This document shows, piece by piece, positions 1-12,117 of a DNA stretch of 64,000 nt (its first letter is position 1; every line of letters starts with the position of its first letter). The notes beneath the pieces were generated by a model. That model was not told the origin of the DNA. It ran no database searches and was given only the letters and a program-made list of their open reading frames with translations. Location: assembly GCF_009914755.1 (NCBI RefSeq), contig NC_060926.1; one strand, 5' to 3'. This DNA is from the human T2T-CHM13v2.0 reference genome, Homo sapiens. Made by a program: the position numbers and the translations under genes.

Positions 1-48
1 AACTACTGTTAATGAGCTGGTACAGATGTTTTTCATCTCTCAATGTAA

Positions 49-358
<310 letters not shown>

Positions 359-1327
359 TTTTTTACGACACTGAAAACAGAGGAGTAAAAAAAGTCCCTT
401 ATAATGGTATCACATTATCTTAACCACTATCTTATTTTGGTCAGTTTTATTTGATTCTTCTATACATATATTTCTATTTTTATGTTTGTAATTATGGTAT
501 GCATACAGTTTTGTACCATACCTTTTATTTCACATTATAAGCATTTTTCAGATTACCACACAGTCTTGTCATGTGTGTATAGTGTTTCACTCAGTAGATG
601 AATAATTTCTCTATTGCTAGATATTTGTTATTTCACTTATTTAGTTAATGTTGGCATGAATAGTTTTGATTAAAAATAATTTTAGATTTCTTAAATTATA
701 GTTCCTCTAGAATGAGGTATAAACTTTACCTATTGTTTACTGTAGCACCCCTTGTACCAAGTGCAATGTCTGCTATATGGTGTTATGTTAAATGAACATT
801 ATGTTAAATGAACAAATGATGAAGAAGAATTATTGGACTAAATGGCATGAACAAATTTTTGTTGCTATTTTTTATCCCCCAAAATGTAGTATTTTGACCT
901 GGCTAGATACTTTTACAAATGTTAATTCTAAGAAAAACTCAGTGAGGCAGTTGAAGAAATGGAGGTTCAGAGTCGATTTACAGTCATACAGCTAATGTGG
1001 AGCCAGTGTTCAGATTTACATCCTTTGATGTGCTAACCTTAATGTTCCATTCACTTTGCCACACCTACATTTTGTCCCTCACCTACATTTTCTGATTAAG
1101 AGGATGCAGAAGACAAAGCTCTGGAGGCTTGTGGTTAGTGGACAAGGATAGCTGGTTGGCTTGAGCAGAGCTTGCCAAATTGTGGTCTGGGCGCCACTTT
1201 CATAGAGCACGCCTGCAGAGCTGGTCCAACCAGCAGATACCTTATCCCTTCCAAGACTTGTAAATATCAGTTTCCAGGGGATGAAAGGTTCTTATGGGGC
1301 TGGAATCTGCATCTTTACCAAGCACCC

Positions 1328-1899
1328 TGTTGTGTGTTTAATTATACCCCCTCCCCCCAAAAATATATTAAGTCCTAACCCCATAGCTGTGAATGTGACT
1401 TATTTGGAAATAGGTTCATTGCAGATGTAATTGAGTTAAAATAAGGTTATACTAGATTAGAGTGGGCCCTAGTCTAATGACTGGTGTTCTTCTAAGATGA
1501 GGGAACTGGAGGTACAAAGGAGACACAGAGGAGAATGCCATGTGAAGATACAGAAGACCCAGGGGAGAATCCCATGTGAAGATACAGAAGACACAGGGAT
1601 CAATGCCATACGAAGATACAGAAGACACAGGGATGAATGCCATATGAAGATACAGAAGACACAGGGATGAATGCCATACAAAGACAGAGGCAGAGACAGG
1701 AGAGATGCATCTGCAAGCTAGGAAACACCAAGGACTGCTGGCAACCACTAGATGCTAGGAAGAGGCAAGAAAGGATTTTTCCCCTAGAGCCCTCAAGAGA
1801 TTGCCGACCTATTGACACCTTAACTTTAAACTCCTAGCCTCCAAAAGAGCCACTTGGCTTGTGGTACTTCTAGTAGGGCAGCACCAGAAACCTGACACA
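1328..1899 (+). mobile_element. MaLR solo LTR (MLT1B/MLT1C-like)
   Basis: tg...ca termini; aagtcctaacccc...gtgaatgtgacttatttggaaatagg motif; perfect 5-bp TSD caccc at 1323-1327 and 1900-1904. Confidence 0.85.
1520..1685. repeat. 34-bp minisatellite, 4 full copies plus partial copies
   Basis: Units at 1540, 1574, 1608 and 1642; consensus atrtgaagatacagaagacacagggatgaatgcc. Confidence 0.95.
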
Positions 1900-2351
1900 C
1901 ACCCAAGACCTTAAATTTGACTAAATTTAAATCCAGAGTTGATGGTTTACTAACCTAAAATAATAGTTTAGACCCAGAAACAAGTAAAGGACAAGATTAA
2001 GGGTGTTAGAACATCAATGAAATAAGAAGTAATAAACATGGAAAGTTTGAATCAATAAAGTTACATTTCAGCACACCTGAGTTGTGACTCCAACTTTTGA
2101 GACAGGAATAAACCAAATCTCTATCTGCATGCTTCTTATGGCAAAAAAGCAGATCTATCAGAGATCTTTGGAAGCAAGCTAACTACATAGGATATAATGA
2201 TAATAATGACTAAATTTCATTTCATCCGAAGCCTAATGCCTTTAATGTTAGCCATTAATTTTTAAGGGCCAAATACAGAGCCTTCATATTAATTGATAAA
2301 TTACACTTAGAATAGCTGTTCAGTATTTTTTCCAGAAAAAGATTGTTCAAA

Positions 2352-2932
2352 GTGTAGTAAGCAGTGTCTAAAATTGTTCTTAATGATTCTCACCTCCTGA
2401 TATTCACATTTTGTATAACCTCTTCCCTAGATTGTGGGCTGGACAATCTGAGACTGGACTTGCTTCTGAGAAATAGCATATGGGAAACATAATGACATAT
2501 CAATGCTAAGATGAGGTTATAAAAGACTGTGAGTTCTATCTTGTTCACTCACTCTCTGGCCCTTCTTGCTTGCTCTGATAAATCAAGCTGCCGTGTTGTG
2601 AGCTGCTTTATAGAGAGGTCCACATAGCAAGGAACTGAGGGTAGCCAGCAGCCAGCCAGAAACTGAGGCCCTCAGTCCAACAACCTGCAAGGTACTAAAC
2701 CCTGTTAGGATTTAGTGTAATGTGTTAAGTTTAGAATCGAGTTGTCCATTTGACCTTTGAAATAATAACTGTAGCCTTAGTCAAAATCTTCACTGTATTC
2801 TTATGAGATCCTGAGCCAGAGAACTCGAGCTGTGTGTGGATTTCTAACTCACAGAAACTGTGATATAATAAATGTTGTTTTAAGCCACTAAGTTTTGAGG
2901 TAATTTATTATGCAGCAATAGATAGCAAATAT
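2352..2932 (+). mobile_element. MaLR LTR (MLT1F/MLT1E-like)
   Basis: aaggaactgagggtagcc...gaaactgtgatataataaatgttgttttaagccactaagttttgaggtaatttattatgcagcaatagatagcaaatata, typical of an MLT1 3' end. Confidence 0.75.
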
Positions 2933-3008
2933 AAAAGCTATTAAAATGCTTGAGCTTTTTCTCCAAGTTTGGAAATTTACAGAGATACTATATCCATCTT
3001 CATCATGA

Positions 3009-3333
<325 letters not shown>

Positions 3334-3449
3334 AGCTTGCTTTGTTTTAAATGTGTGTAATTTTCATGAATCTCTGCTTAATAACTAGGGCAAACAAATA
3401 CGGCAAGTTTTGCTCCTTGCTTAATCTATGAACCCAATAGTTTCATGGT

Positions 3450-3810
3450 GTCTCAGTTAGAGGTCATTCTGTCCAACCCCTGTACTTCTCAAATGATGAA
3501 GCTATCGTTGTATTAATAGCTTGCCCAAGTAAGATTGCCAGATTTAGCAAATAAAAATACAGGATTACCAATTAGATTTGAATTTCAGATAATCAATGAA
3601 TCATTAAAAAATATAAGTATATATCATGTAATATTTGGGACATACTTACCCTAAAACATAATTTGATATTGATTTGAAATTTGAATTTAACTGGTGTCCT
3701 GTATTTTATATGGCAACCTTATGCCCAAGGTCAGGCAACCAATTAGTAACAGAATCTGCATTAGCAGCCAGGTGTCTGGTTTCCAGGCCAGTATTCTTCC
3801 TCCCACATGA
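3450..3810 (-). mobile_element. MIR SINE interrupted by MER53
   Basis: agaggtcattctgtccaacccc...tgcccaaggtca...ccaggtgtctggtttccaggccagt; the MIR core is split at tgcccaag. Confidence 0.6.
3530..3721. mobile_element. MER53 hAT-family MITE (palindromic)
   Basis: 192 bp; TIRs taagattgccaga / tatggcaacctta; perfect 8-bp TSD tgcccaag at 3522-3529 and 3722-3729; internally self-complementary arms. Confidence 0.9.
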
Positions 3811-4807
3811 CACTGTGATGCTGATGAAAGTGTTGCTTTAGAAACTCATCTTGTGGTTGTGCATGTTTGAAGTTTTAATGTAGTAACCATTACTGAACTG
3901 ATTTTGAAAGGAGCTCATGGGTCATTAAAGGACAAAAGCGATGTCTTTTATACAATCAATGGGTCTGATTCTGCAAATGACAGTCCAGTCTGAGAGCGTT
4001 AATGGAAGGCAGCTGTGGACCCTGATGTTCCTATAATAGTGCGCAGGACTAAATGTTCTTAGTTTCTGACTTGACTGCATTAATATAGTGATTTTAAGTA
4101 TGCAGGCATATTATGAAAAGGGGCAATTTGTGGGAAGAAAATTGAATCAATTTAAAGGAGCTTTTATATTTATATATTTAACATATGCAGATCTATAAGC
4201 ATTAATGTAATTACGTGAAATACATAAAAGTACGCAGTAAGCATTAAGAAGCCCTCTGCTAACGTGTACTAAGAGACTTTAAGCCTATGCGTGATTGCTG
4301 TCTAATTAGAATTAGTGTTTCTTTGCTGGCATTATTGAACTTAGAATATCTTTAATTGTTTAAGTACATTTACATAGATAATTTACATAATCTGTTCTTG
4401 TTGACAATGGGTTTATGTAGAGTATAGTCATTTGAGGATAACAAGTGTGATGATAACATAGAGACTGGTGGAGAAAAAAGAAAAAATTAAAAGCGTCCGG
4501 TGATTATGAAGTTCGAATGAATGCAACTCAGATTTTGGGCCTTTGGTCATTCTAGTTCATTTATTCCAGTGCATCAAAAGACCTATAAATGCTTTAAATT
4601 TATGGATTAAATAAAACTGATTGTTATTTTCCTGATATTCCACCAATAAATCTTTAATAATTTTGTTCTCTTGAGGGAAAAATAGCCAAGTAAGGCATGG
4701 ACAGTAACTTGGAACTCAACTAAATGTTAGGAATCTATTTTTTTATGATGAAGAATTGTATTTGTACTATTTTTGTAATCAAATGCTAGGCTAAACTCAC
4801 AGTATTG

Positions 4808-4811
<4 letters not shown>

Positions 4812-4860
<49 letters not shown>
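4812..4860. repeat. (TA)n microsatellite, ~24 units
   Basis: Uninterrupted tatata run. Confidence 0.98.
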
Positions 4861-4863
<3 letters not shown>

Positions 4864-6404
4864 ATTAAGGAAAATCCACAGATGTTAAAATAATTTTCTT
4901 GTATTTAATAATAAAGAACGAATAAACAATGCTCTACTTCTAACAAAATGTTTTCACCTACCTCCACAAATCTCCAAAACAACCCTAAAAATAGGCTTAA
5001 AGAAAAAATAATGTGCCTAAGGTCACAGTGATAGAGTGTGGCCCAGCCTGATTTCAACATATTTTCTGACTCTAAGCCCACGTCTTTCCACTATGCCACA
5101 CTGCCTCTAGATTTTGGATACTGTTTCATTGAAAACTGTATTTACCTTGCAAAAGTACGGCCAATCTTGTAAAGAAACCAGGATTTATTTGTCAGGCCCT
5201 CTAGAGACTTGTTTTCTGGAATTTAGCATTTAGAACCTCTTGAAGTTTGAAAATGACTTATTTAGAAATACTAAAGAAGGAGGAATGGAAATTCACTTTT
5301 TCCATTTAGAATTCTCATGGCTAATCTCATCTTCATTCAGAGTGGCACATCTCTGAATATTTTATCAGAGTTCTTTTGCAGCTGAGTTAAAGCTGTGCCT
5401 ATGCCACTGCCCTGAGCCAGTCCATAGGATAGGCCCCATAATTTTTCGTTGGCTGGCTGGCTGACCTAAGGCTTTCAGGGCAGATGTGAGGAGTGCTAAG
5501 GCGGCTGAGAGAAGGTACAGAATATCCTAGGGGCCAAGAAATGAACCAGAAATTAAAAGGATATGCAATCTAATCTTTGAAGAAAATACAAGCTACAAAA
5601 AAATCTTTGAATTATCTGTGTTAGTGTTTGATTGCGTTGGCATGGACAATGGAGTATTGAGTGCATTTTTTTTGTCTTTGCTGGTAATGCAATACATTAT
5701 AAATCAATAATCCTATGAGTTTATTTTGCACTCTAAAATCATCATTAGGCTTACTAGAGTTCCTGAACCTTAGTAATTGATTTCACCCTTCAGCATACTG
5801 AGCTGAGAAATTCGAGGCATTTGGGCATCAGATTTTTTTTAAATCAAATGTTTTGCAAGTCATGTGGCCTCTCATATCCATGTACCTCAGATGAGTGCAA
5901 ATCCCTATATAAAATGGAAGTCACAGAAGAAGATGACTACAGTTTTTCTGTTGTAATTCATTTCATCAACATTCTTCCCCTCCGCACTTCTCCCTCCCAC
6001 CACATGCAAACATTCATGGACATCTTGATACCATTACCTGTTACTCTTCCGAGGAACCTGGGGACCGTAATCTTAGTGATATCCAAACACCAGTTTTATC
6101 AGTCTTTTTGATTCATCTTTTTACTTTCAATTTTTATCATCTTCTAGTTATGTTTGACTCCTGGATTCACAATACAGCCCTGAGGTATCTTTTGTGGACT
6201 ATTTTTGCATCATTATTTTATTCTGAGCTTGCTGTGCTTAACTTTGCCACTTCTTGATCTATGCTCTTTATATTATGGCAAACTTTTCCCTAGGCTTTGG
6301 TAGTTTTGTATAACAGATAATTTTTGAATGTAGTCTAAGATATTTCCACCTAATCAAACAACTGATGAGCACCTTAAAGTTCCTTTGACCACTTGAATAA
6401 TAAC

Positions 6405-6630
6405 ATTTGCTGAGTATTTACTATGTGCAAATGCCATACTGTGTTCAATACTCATCTAGTGATTACAATAGCCATAAGAGTTAAGTATGCATATTATCAC
6501 TTACAGATGAGGGGAGTAAACTTTTTGTAGACACAAAATGACTTGCCCAAAGTCAACAGAAAGGTACAAGGTAGAGAAGGATTTGATTCCATGACCCTGG
6601 ATTCAAAGATCATGATCTCTACTGCTGCAT
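6405..6630 (-). mobile_element. MIR SINE
   Basis: ttacagatgagg...aatgacttgcccaaagtca...ggatttgattcc core. Confidence 0.65.
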
Positions 6631-6690
6631 TTCAGCACCTGTTCTTTGTCATATTGTCTCTTACTGAGTTTTGAATTCCTATTCAGGTAG

Positions 6691-7056
6691 TGTATTAGTC
6701 CCTTTTCATGCTACTGATAAAGACATAGCCAAGACTGGGAAATTTACAAAAGAAAGAGGTTTAATGGACTTACAGTTCCACATGGTTGGGGAGGCCTCAC
6801 AATCACGGTGGAAAGCAGGGAGGAGCAAGTCATGTCTTACATGGATGGCAGCAGGCAAAGAAAGAGCTTGTGCAGGTAAACTCTGGTTTTTTAAAACCAT
6901 CATATCTTGTGAGACTTATTCACTGTCATGAGAACAGCATGGGAAAGACCCACCCCATGATTCAATTATTTCCCATGGGGTACCTCCCACAACACGTGGG
7001 AATTATGGGAGCTACAAGATGAGATTTGGGTGGGAACACAGAGCCAAACCATATCA
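6691..7056 (-). mobile_element. THE1 (MaLR) solo LTR, THE1B-like
   Basis: tgtattagtc...gagccaaaccatatca; near-perfect 5-bp TSD ggtag / gctag. Confidence 0.92.
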
Positions 7057-7188
7057 GCTAGGGGCTTTGCCTTCAAACAATACAAAGAATATATCCTTTG
7101 TATAATTCAAAATGGCACTCTAGTTATATGTAAAAGACAGTAATTTCAATCTATATTTTTCTGTGTGAGTGTGCATGCAGAAAGAGCG

Positions 7189-7536
7189 CATATTAATCTG
7201 TTTTCATGCTGCTGATAAAGACATACCCAAGTCTGGGCAATTTACAAAAGGAAGAGGTTTAATTGGACTTACAGTGCCACGTGGCTGTGGAAGCCTCACA
7301 ATCATGGTGGAAGGTAAGGAGGAACTCTTACATGGATGGCAGCAAGCAAAGAGAGAGCTTGTGCAAGAAAACTTCCCCTTATAATAACCATCAGATCTCA
7401 TGAGATTTACTCACTATCATGAGAACAGCATGGGAAAGACCTGCCCCCATGATTTAATTGCCTGCCACCAGGTCCCTCCCACAACATGTGGGAATTCAAG
7501 ATGAGATTTGGGTTGGAACAGAGCCAAACCATATCA
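7189..7536 (-). mobile_element. Second THE1 (MaLR) solo LTR
   Basis: catattaatctgttttcatgctgctgataaagacatacc...gagccaaaccatatca. Confidence 0.92.
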
Positions 7537-8003
7537 GATAGTGTCCATAGGAATTTTTTAGATAAGAGTATGCCCTGAGCACACATGTTGGGAATCCACG
7601 AATACTGGCTTTGATTCCTTCTGGACACTGTTTAGCCTGCATAGTCATTTCTTGCATCTTCAGCTTACCGGGGTACAGGCTAAATTTTCAAATAGCAGTT
7701 CTACTTATATGTATGTATAGGAAATGCAATCTGGTCTTGCTCGAGGGTTTCATTTGAGGAAGAAAGACTACAAAAGGCTAATCAAAGTCCTTCTACTCAA
7801 AATTTTCTAGTAGCCCTTGTGCAAGGTGCTTAGGTGCTTTCTCTGGCAAAACCAAAAGTCCCAACCCAAGGCAAGCTAGATGATTTCTAGAAACAATTCA
7901 TTACTTTTTACAGATTCAGGCCTGAAATGCTTACCAGTAGGCAAAAGGAGGTCAATCAGATTGGAGGTAAGGTAGAGAATAACCGTTTAATAAGAACCAA
8001 TTA

Positions 8004-8290
8004 GGCTGGGCGCAGTGGCTCACACCTGTAATCCCAGCACTTTGGGAGGCCGAGGTGAGCAGATCACGAGGTCAAGAGATGGAGACCATTCTGGCTAACA
8101 TAGTGAAACCCTGTCTGTACTAAAAATACAAAAATTAGCTGAGCATGATGGCATGCATCTGTAGTCCCAGCTACTCAGGGGGCTGAGGCAGAATTGCTTG
8201 AACTAGGGAGGTGGAGGTTGCAGTGAGCCAAGATCGTGCCACTGCACTCCAGCCTGCTGACAGAGTGAGACTCTGTCTCAAAAAAAAAAA
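8004..8290 (+). mobile_element. Alu SINE (AluSc-like)
   Basis: ggctgggcgcagtggctcacacctgtaatcccagcac...A tail; TSD core gaaccaatt on both sides. Confidence 0.95.
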
Positions 8291-8589
8291 GGAACCAATT
8301 GGCAGTAAGTTTGAATAGCAACTAAAAACATACCCCTTCAAAGTAGAAACTCTAGGTCTGCTATTCTTAGGACTTGCTCTATAGAATAAAGCAACACATA
8401 CAATTAGGATTAGAATAAGTCTTTATGACGTTTAAAAGACACTGCTCTTTAAAATGTGCAGAGAGGAAAGAGGCATCAAAAGGCGGCTGTGAGGATGACA
8501 GGCCTTTCCAGATCTGTCTGAGGAAAGCACGTACTTGGGCCCACAGCCTTTGAGTCCTCCTTAACATCTGTTTTCCTCCCCTACCTAAT

Positions 8590-9200
8590 ACCAAGTGCAT
8601 CAGCGAATCCTGCTAACTCTCTCTTCAAGTATGCCCAGAATCTAACAACTTTTCCCACCATCACAGCTCCTGCCCTGGACAAGGCATCATCATCTCTTGT
8701 TACAGATTCTGCCCTTCACATTCTATTCTATTCTTAACACAGTAGCAGCCACAGGGACCCTTGAAAACCTAGGCAAGATCAGCCACTCCTCTCCTCAAAA
8801 CCCCTGTTTGAGTGGTTTCCCATTTCACTCAAAGTCAGAGTCAAGTTACCTATGAGAGAGTCTCCATCCTGGCTCCCATTAGGTACAATCTCGTGAGCTT
8901 TAAAGAAGTATTGATGTAGGGGCCTGGTCCCAGAAACATCAACTTCTTTGGTTTTATAGTTAAGCTCATTGCTATTTGCTGAAAACTCTCTAAGTGATCT
9001 GAATGGGAATCCAGGGTTGAGAATCACCACCCATCACAATCTGCTTGCCTTCCCCCTTCTTATCCTTTTATCCATCTTCCCATCCTTCAATACACCCCAG
9101 ACACACAGGCCACCTGGCACCCCAGCTACTCTCCCACCTCAGTCTTTGCGCTGGCTGATGCTCTCTCTAGTATTCACATGGAGCATGGTGAGCCTCCTTC
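8590..9200 (+). mobile_element. L2 LINE fragment interrupted by a MER5-like hAT element (~8860-9028)
   Basis: L2-like ctcctctcctcaaaacccctg...tttcccatttcactcaaagtcagagtc; MER5-like 3' end gtgatctgaatgggaatccagggttgagaatcac. Confidence 0.55.
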
Positions 9201-9763
9201 TGGTCTTTAAAGTGTCGAATACCCTACACAAAGATCCCTAGAAAATTATGAGCAGAAGAATCTTGATTAGCCTCTTGTAATGTTTCCTTCTGAATCAAAC
9301 TCCCCAAGCTAGATTAGATTGCATTTCCTTCACAAATGAGTAGATCTGTGATATGATAATTTAGCCTTCACCCTGGTGAGCTGAGGCTGCAAAATAAATA
9401 GTTGTACAGTCCAAACTACTGTCGAGAGGAATTGGAGCTAGCATTGATGGATTTTCCGCATACATGCTCAGAGCACCTTCTTATCTAACAAGTCTTCCAC
9501 AAACATATGCCTGTAACCTTACATACACAGGAGAGATATGTACTGGGAAATCCTGACCAGATAACTTCTAAAGTCTCTTATGGTACAGGTATTCTATAAT
9601 TCTATTGTTAAATATTAATAGTAACACAGAATTATAAATATTAATGATGTGAAAAAAGACACCAGGACTAGATTGGGGGTTTTAGTCCCTCCCTTTTCCA
9701 CAATTCATCAGCTACCTCCAAATTATCATAAATAACTACACAGTTTAAGTAGGCCCCTTGGAA

Positions 9764-10035
9764 AAGTACCCTTTGGACAAGATACATTTTAAGCCTGATT
9801 ACTCATTTATATTTTAGTATATATCAGTTTTCAAGCATGTTTGGTACCTAACGGAAGCTCAACAAACATTTGGATTATGAGTAAATTGATGGGTGACTTC
9901 ATGAGTATTTTCTATGGGAAAGATGTTGGCTCCACACTCTGAGAGTGAGTTAAGTTATATTCAAAAAGACATCTAGAAGAGTGACCTGACTGTAAGAGAG
10001 TAAACTGGAGGATGGCCACGTGCCCAAAGATGAGG
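9764..10035 (+). repeat. Local direct duplication, copy 1
   Basis: Aligns to 10235-10505 with offset 471; I count ~17 differences over the ~246-bp core. Confidence 0.95.
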
Positions 10036-10234
10036 CTAGTGTTCCTGCACATTGAGGACTCAAAGTCTCCTGGCCTCACCCTCCAGAATATATCCCATGG
10101 GTGGAGCACCACCCATATCCCAGGTCTGCACCTTCTAGGTAAGCTCTTGGGAATGGCTGTACTGAATAAATCCATCTGTTAGCTTAGGGTCACATGGTGT
10201 ATTCATGTTTTTAAAAACATTCTTTTAAAAGTGC

Positions 10235-10505
10235 AAATACACCTGGGAAAAGATATACTTTAAGCCTGATTACTCATTTGTATTTTAGTATATGTAAGTT
10301 TTCAAGCATGTTTGGTACCTAATGGAAGCTCAACAAGCATTTGGAGTATGAGTAAATTGATGAGTGACTTCATGAGTATTTTCTATGGGAAAGATGTTGG
10401 CCCCACACTCTGAGAGTGAGTTAAGTTATATTCAAGAAGACATCTAGAAGAGTGACCTTACTGTAGAGAGTAACCTGGACGATGGCCACATGCTGAAAGG
10501 TGAGG
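10235..10505 (+). repeat. Local direct duplication, copy 2
   Basis: Aligns to 9764-10035, e.g. shared tgacttcatgagtattttctatgggaaagatgttggc. Confidence 0.95.
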
Positions 10506-11241
10506 AAGGAGCCTTAGTCAATGATACAGAGACTTCATCATCTCCTGTGTCAAGGACACAGCAGCTGAGACTGCCAGCTTTGTGTATGTGGATGAATTCA
10601 TGTATAGGTGATTTCAGAAGAACCCACAAAAGAAATTGCCTTTAAATATCTGGCAAACCTGGAGAGGACCAATACCAGCTCAGAAGAGTATCAGTCAAAC
10701 ATGGTCTTTTTGCAACCTCCTATTTTCTTTCTAGGTTTTCCAATTTAAGCTGGTGGGGGAGAAATAGAAGCACAAAGAGCAAGAGAAAAACCCAGTTGCT
10801 CTTCTCTGACTGTATGTTCCCCTCTTACTCCAGGTCTCAGCTGTGGGGAGGGAGAAGCTTTAATTCAAGTTTGAACTTTTGATTTATTATGGATATAAAA
10901 TGTTTTGTGATTTAAAGTGACCCTAGGACTTTTTATTACCTAAGAGTATGCAGAAAAAGTAATAGAGACTACCCATGTTTTCATTTGGAGGCAATGGAAA
11001 TACTAGCCCAACAGAATAAATTTCAAGAGATAGTGGGAGAGAAAATGAAGTTGTTTATGAGTCTATCCCGTGAGTCATGCTTGTTACGTATGTCTACTTC
11101 ACAATTCTGCTCTGATTAGTATATCGATTCTCATGTCAGCCTGAAAATATTTCTGTAGCAAGCCAAGCACATTTTTAGTTGGTGAAGACATTTCTCACAA
11201 TGTTATATTTTAATCAGCATGGAATTATTAAACTGAGTTAA

Positions 11242-11543
<302 letters not shown>

Positions 11544-11798
11544 TAATTTTTTTTTTTTTTTTTTTTGGTTTTTGAAACGAGAGCGTGTTAAGGAAGTCTT
11601 TGTTTGGAATCACTGAAGGATTGGAGTAAATCCACTTCCTGCTGTAAGACAGTTCCATCAGTACCAGACTCAAAGCTCCCTTTCTGAAATCTCAGTCACA
11701 CAACGAATACTTCATGCTGATTTGACCGTGGAGATTACCAGTTGTAAAGGGACTAACGAGCTGTTTTTAATGGAACATGTTTTTTCTTGACAGTGCTA

Positions 11799-12117
11799 TG
11801 AGACAGCCAAGTAAAAAGGGATCCCCAGAGAACCTCCGAGGGGCCTATGCACTGGGAGGATGGGGTGGGCTTCAGGAAGTTCACACCCTTTGCAGGGGGT
11901 AGGAGCCTGACCTCTCCTGTTCCTGAGTGGTATCTGGAATTCAATCAGTGAGAAGGGGACCTGTTAACAGGAATCCTTCTTGCTTTGCTGTTTTTTTTCT
12001 TTTTCATCCAATAAATTCAATTTTTCTCACCCATTTATGTGTCTCCAAGCCTAATCTTTCCTGGTTGTGTGACAAGAACCCGGTTTTTAGCTGAACTGAG
12101 GAGAAAGTCCTATAACA
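11799..12117 (+). mobile_element. ERV1-class solo LTR (MER61-like)
   Basis: tgagacagcc...aataaa...gtgtgacaagaacccggtttttagctgaactgaggagaaagtcctataaca; tg...ca ends; flanks gcta / gctc. Confidence 0.75.

Noticed and set aside
784-815. 16-bp tandem duplication ttatgttaaatgaaca x2 (similar short duplications near 1061, 15952 and 44613)
   Set aside because: Ordinary slippage duplications with no further structure.
1540-1675. 34-bp repeats as a CRISPR array
   Set aside because: Units are head-to-tail with no unique spacers, there are no cas genes, and the array sits in a mammalian LTR.
10540-11110. Possible old LTR downstream of the direct duplication
   Set aside because: It looks ERVL/LTR-like, but I cannot define its termini or family, so it is not called.
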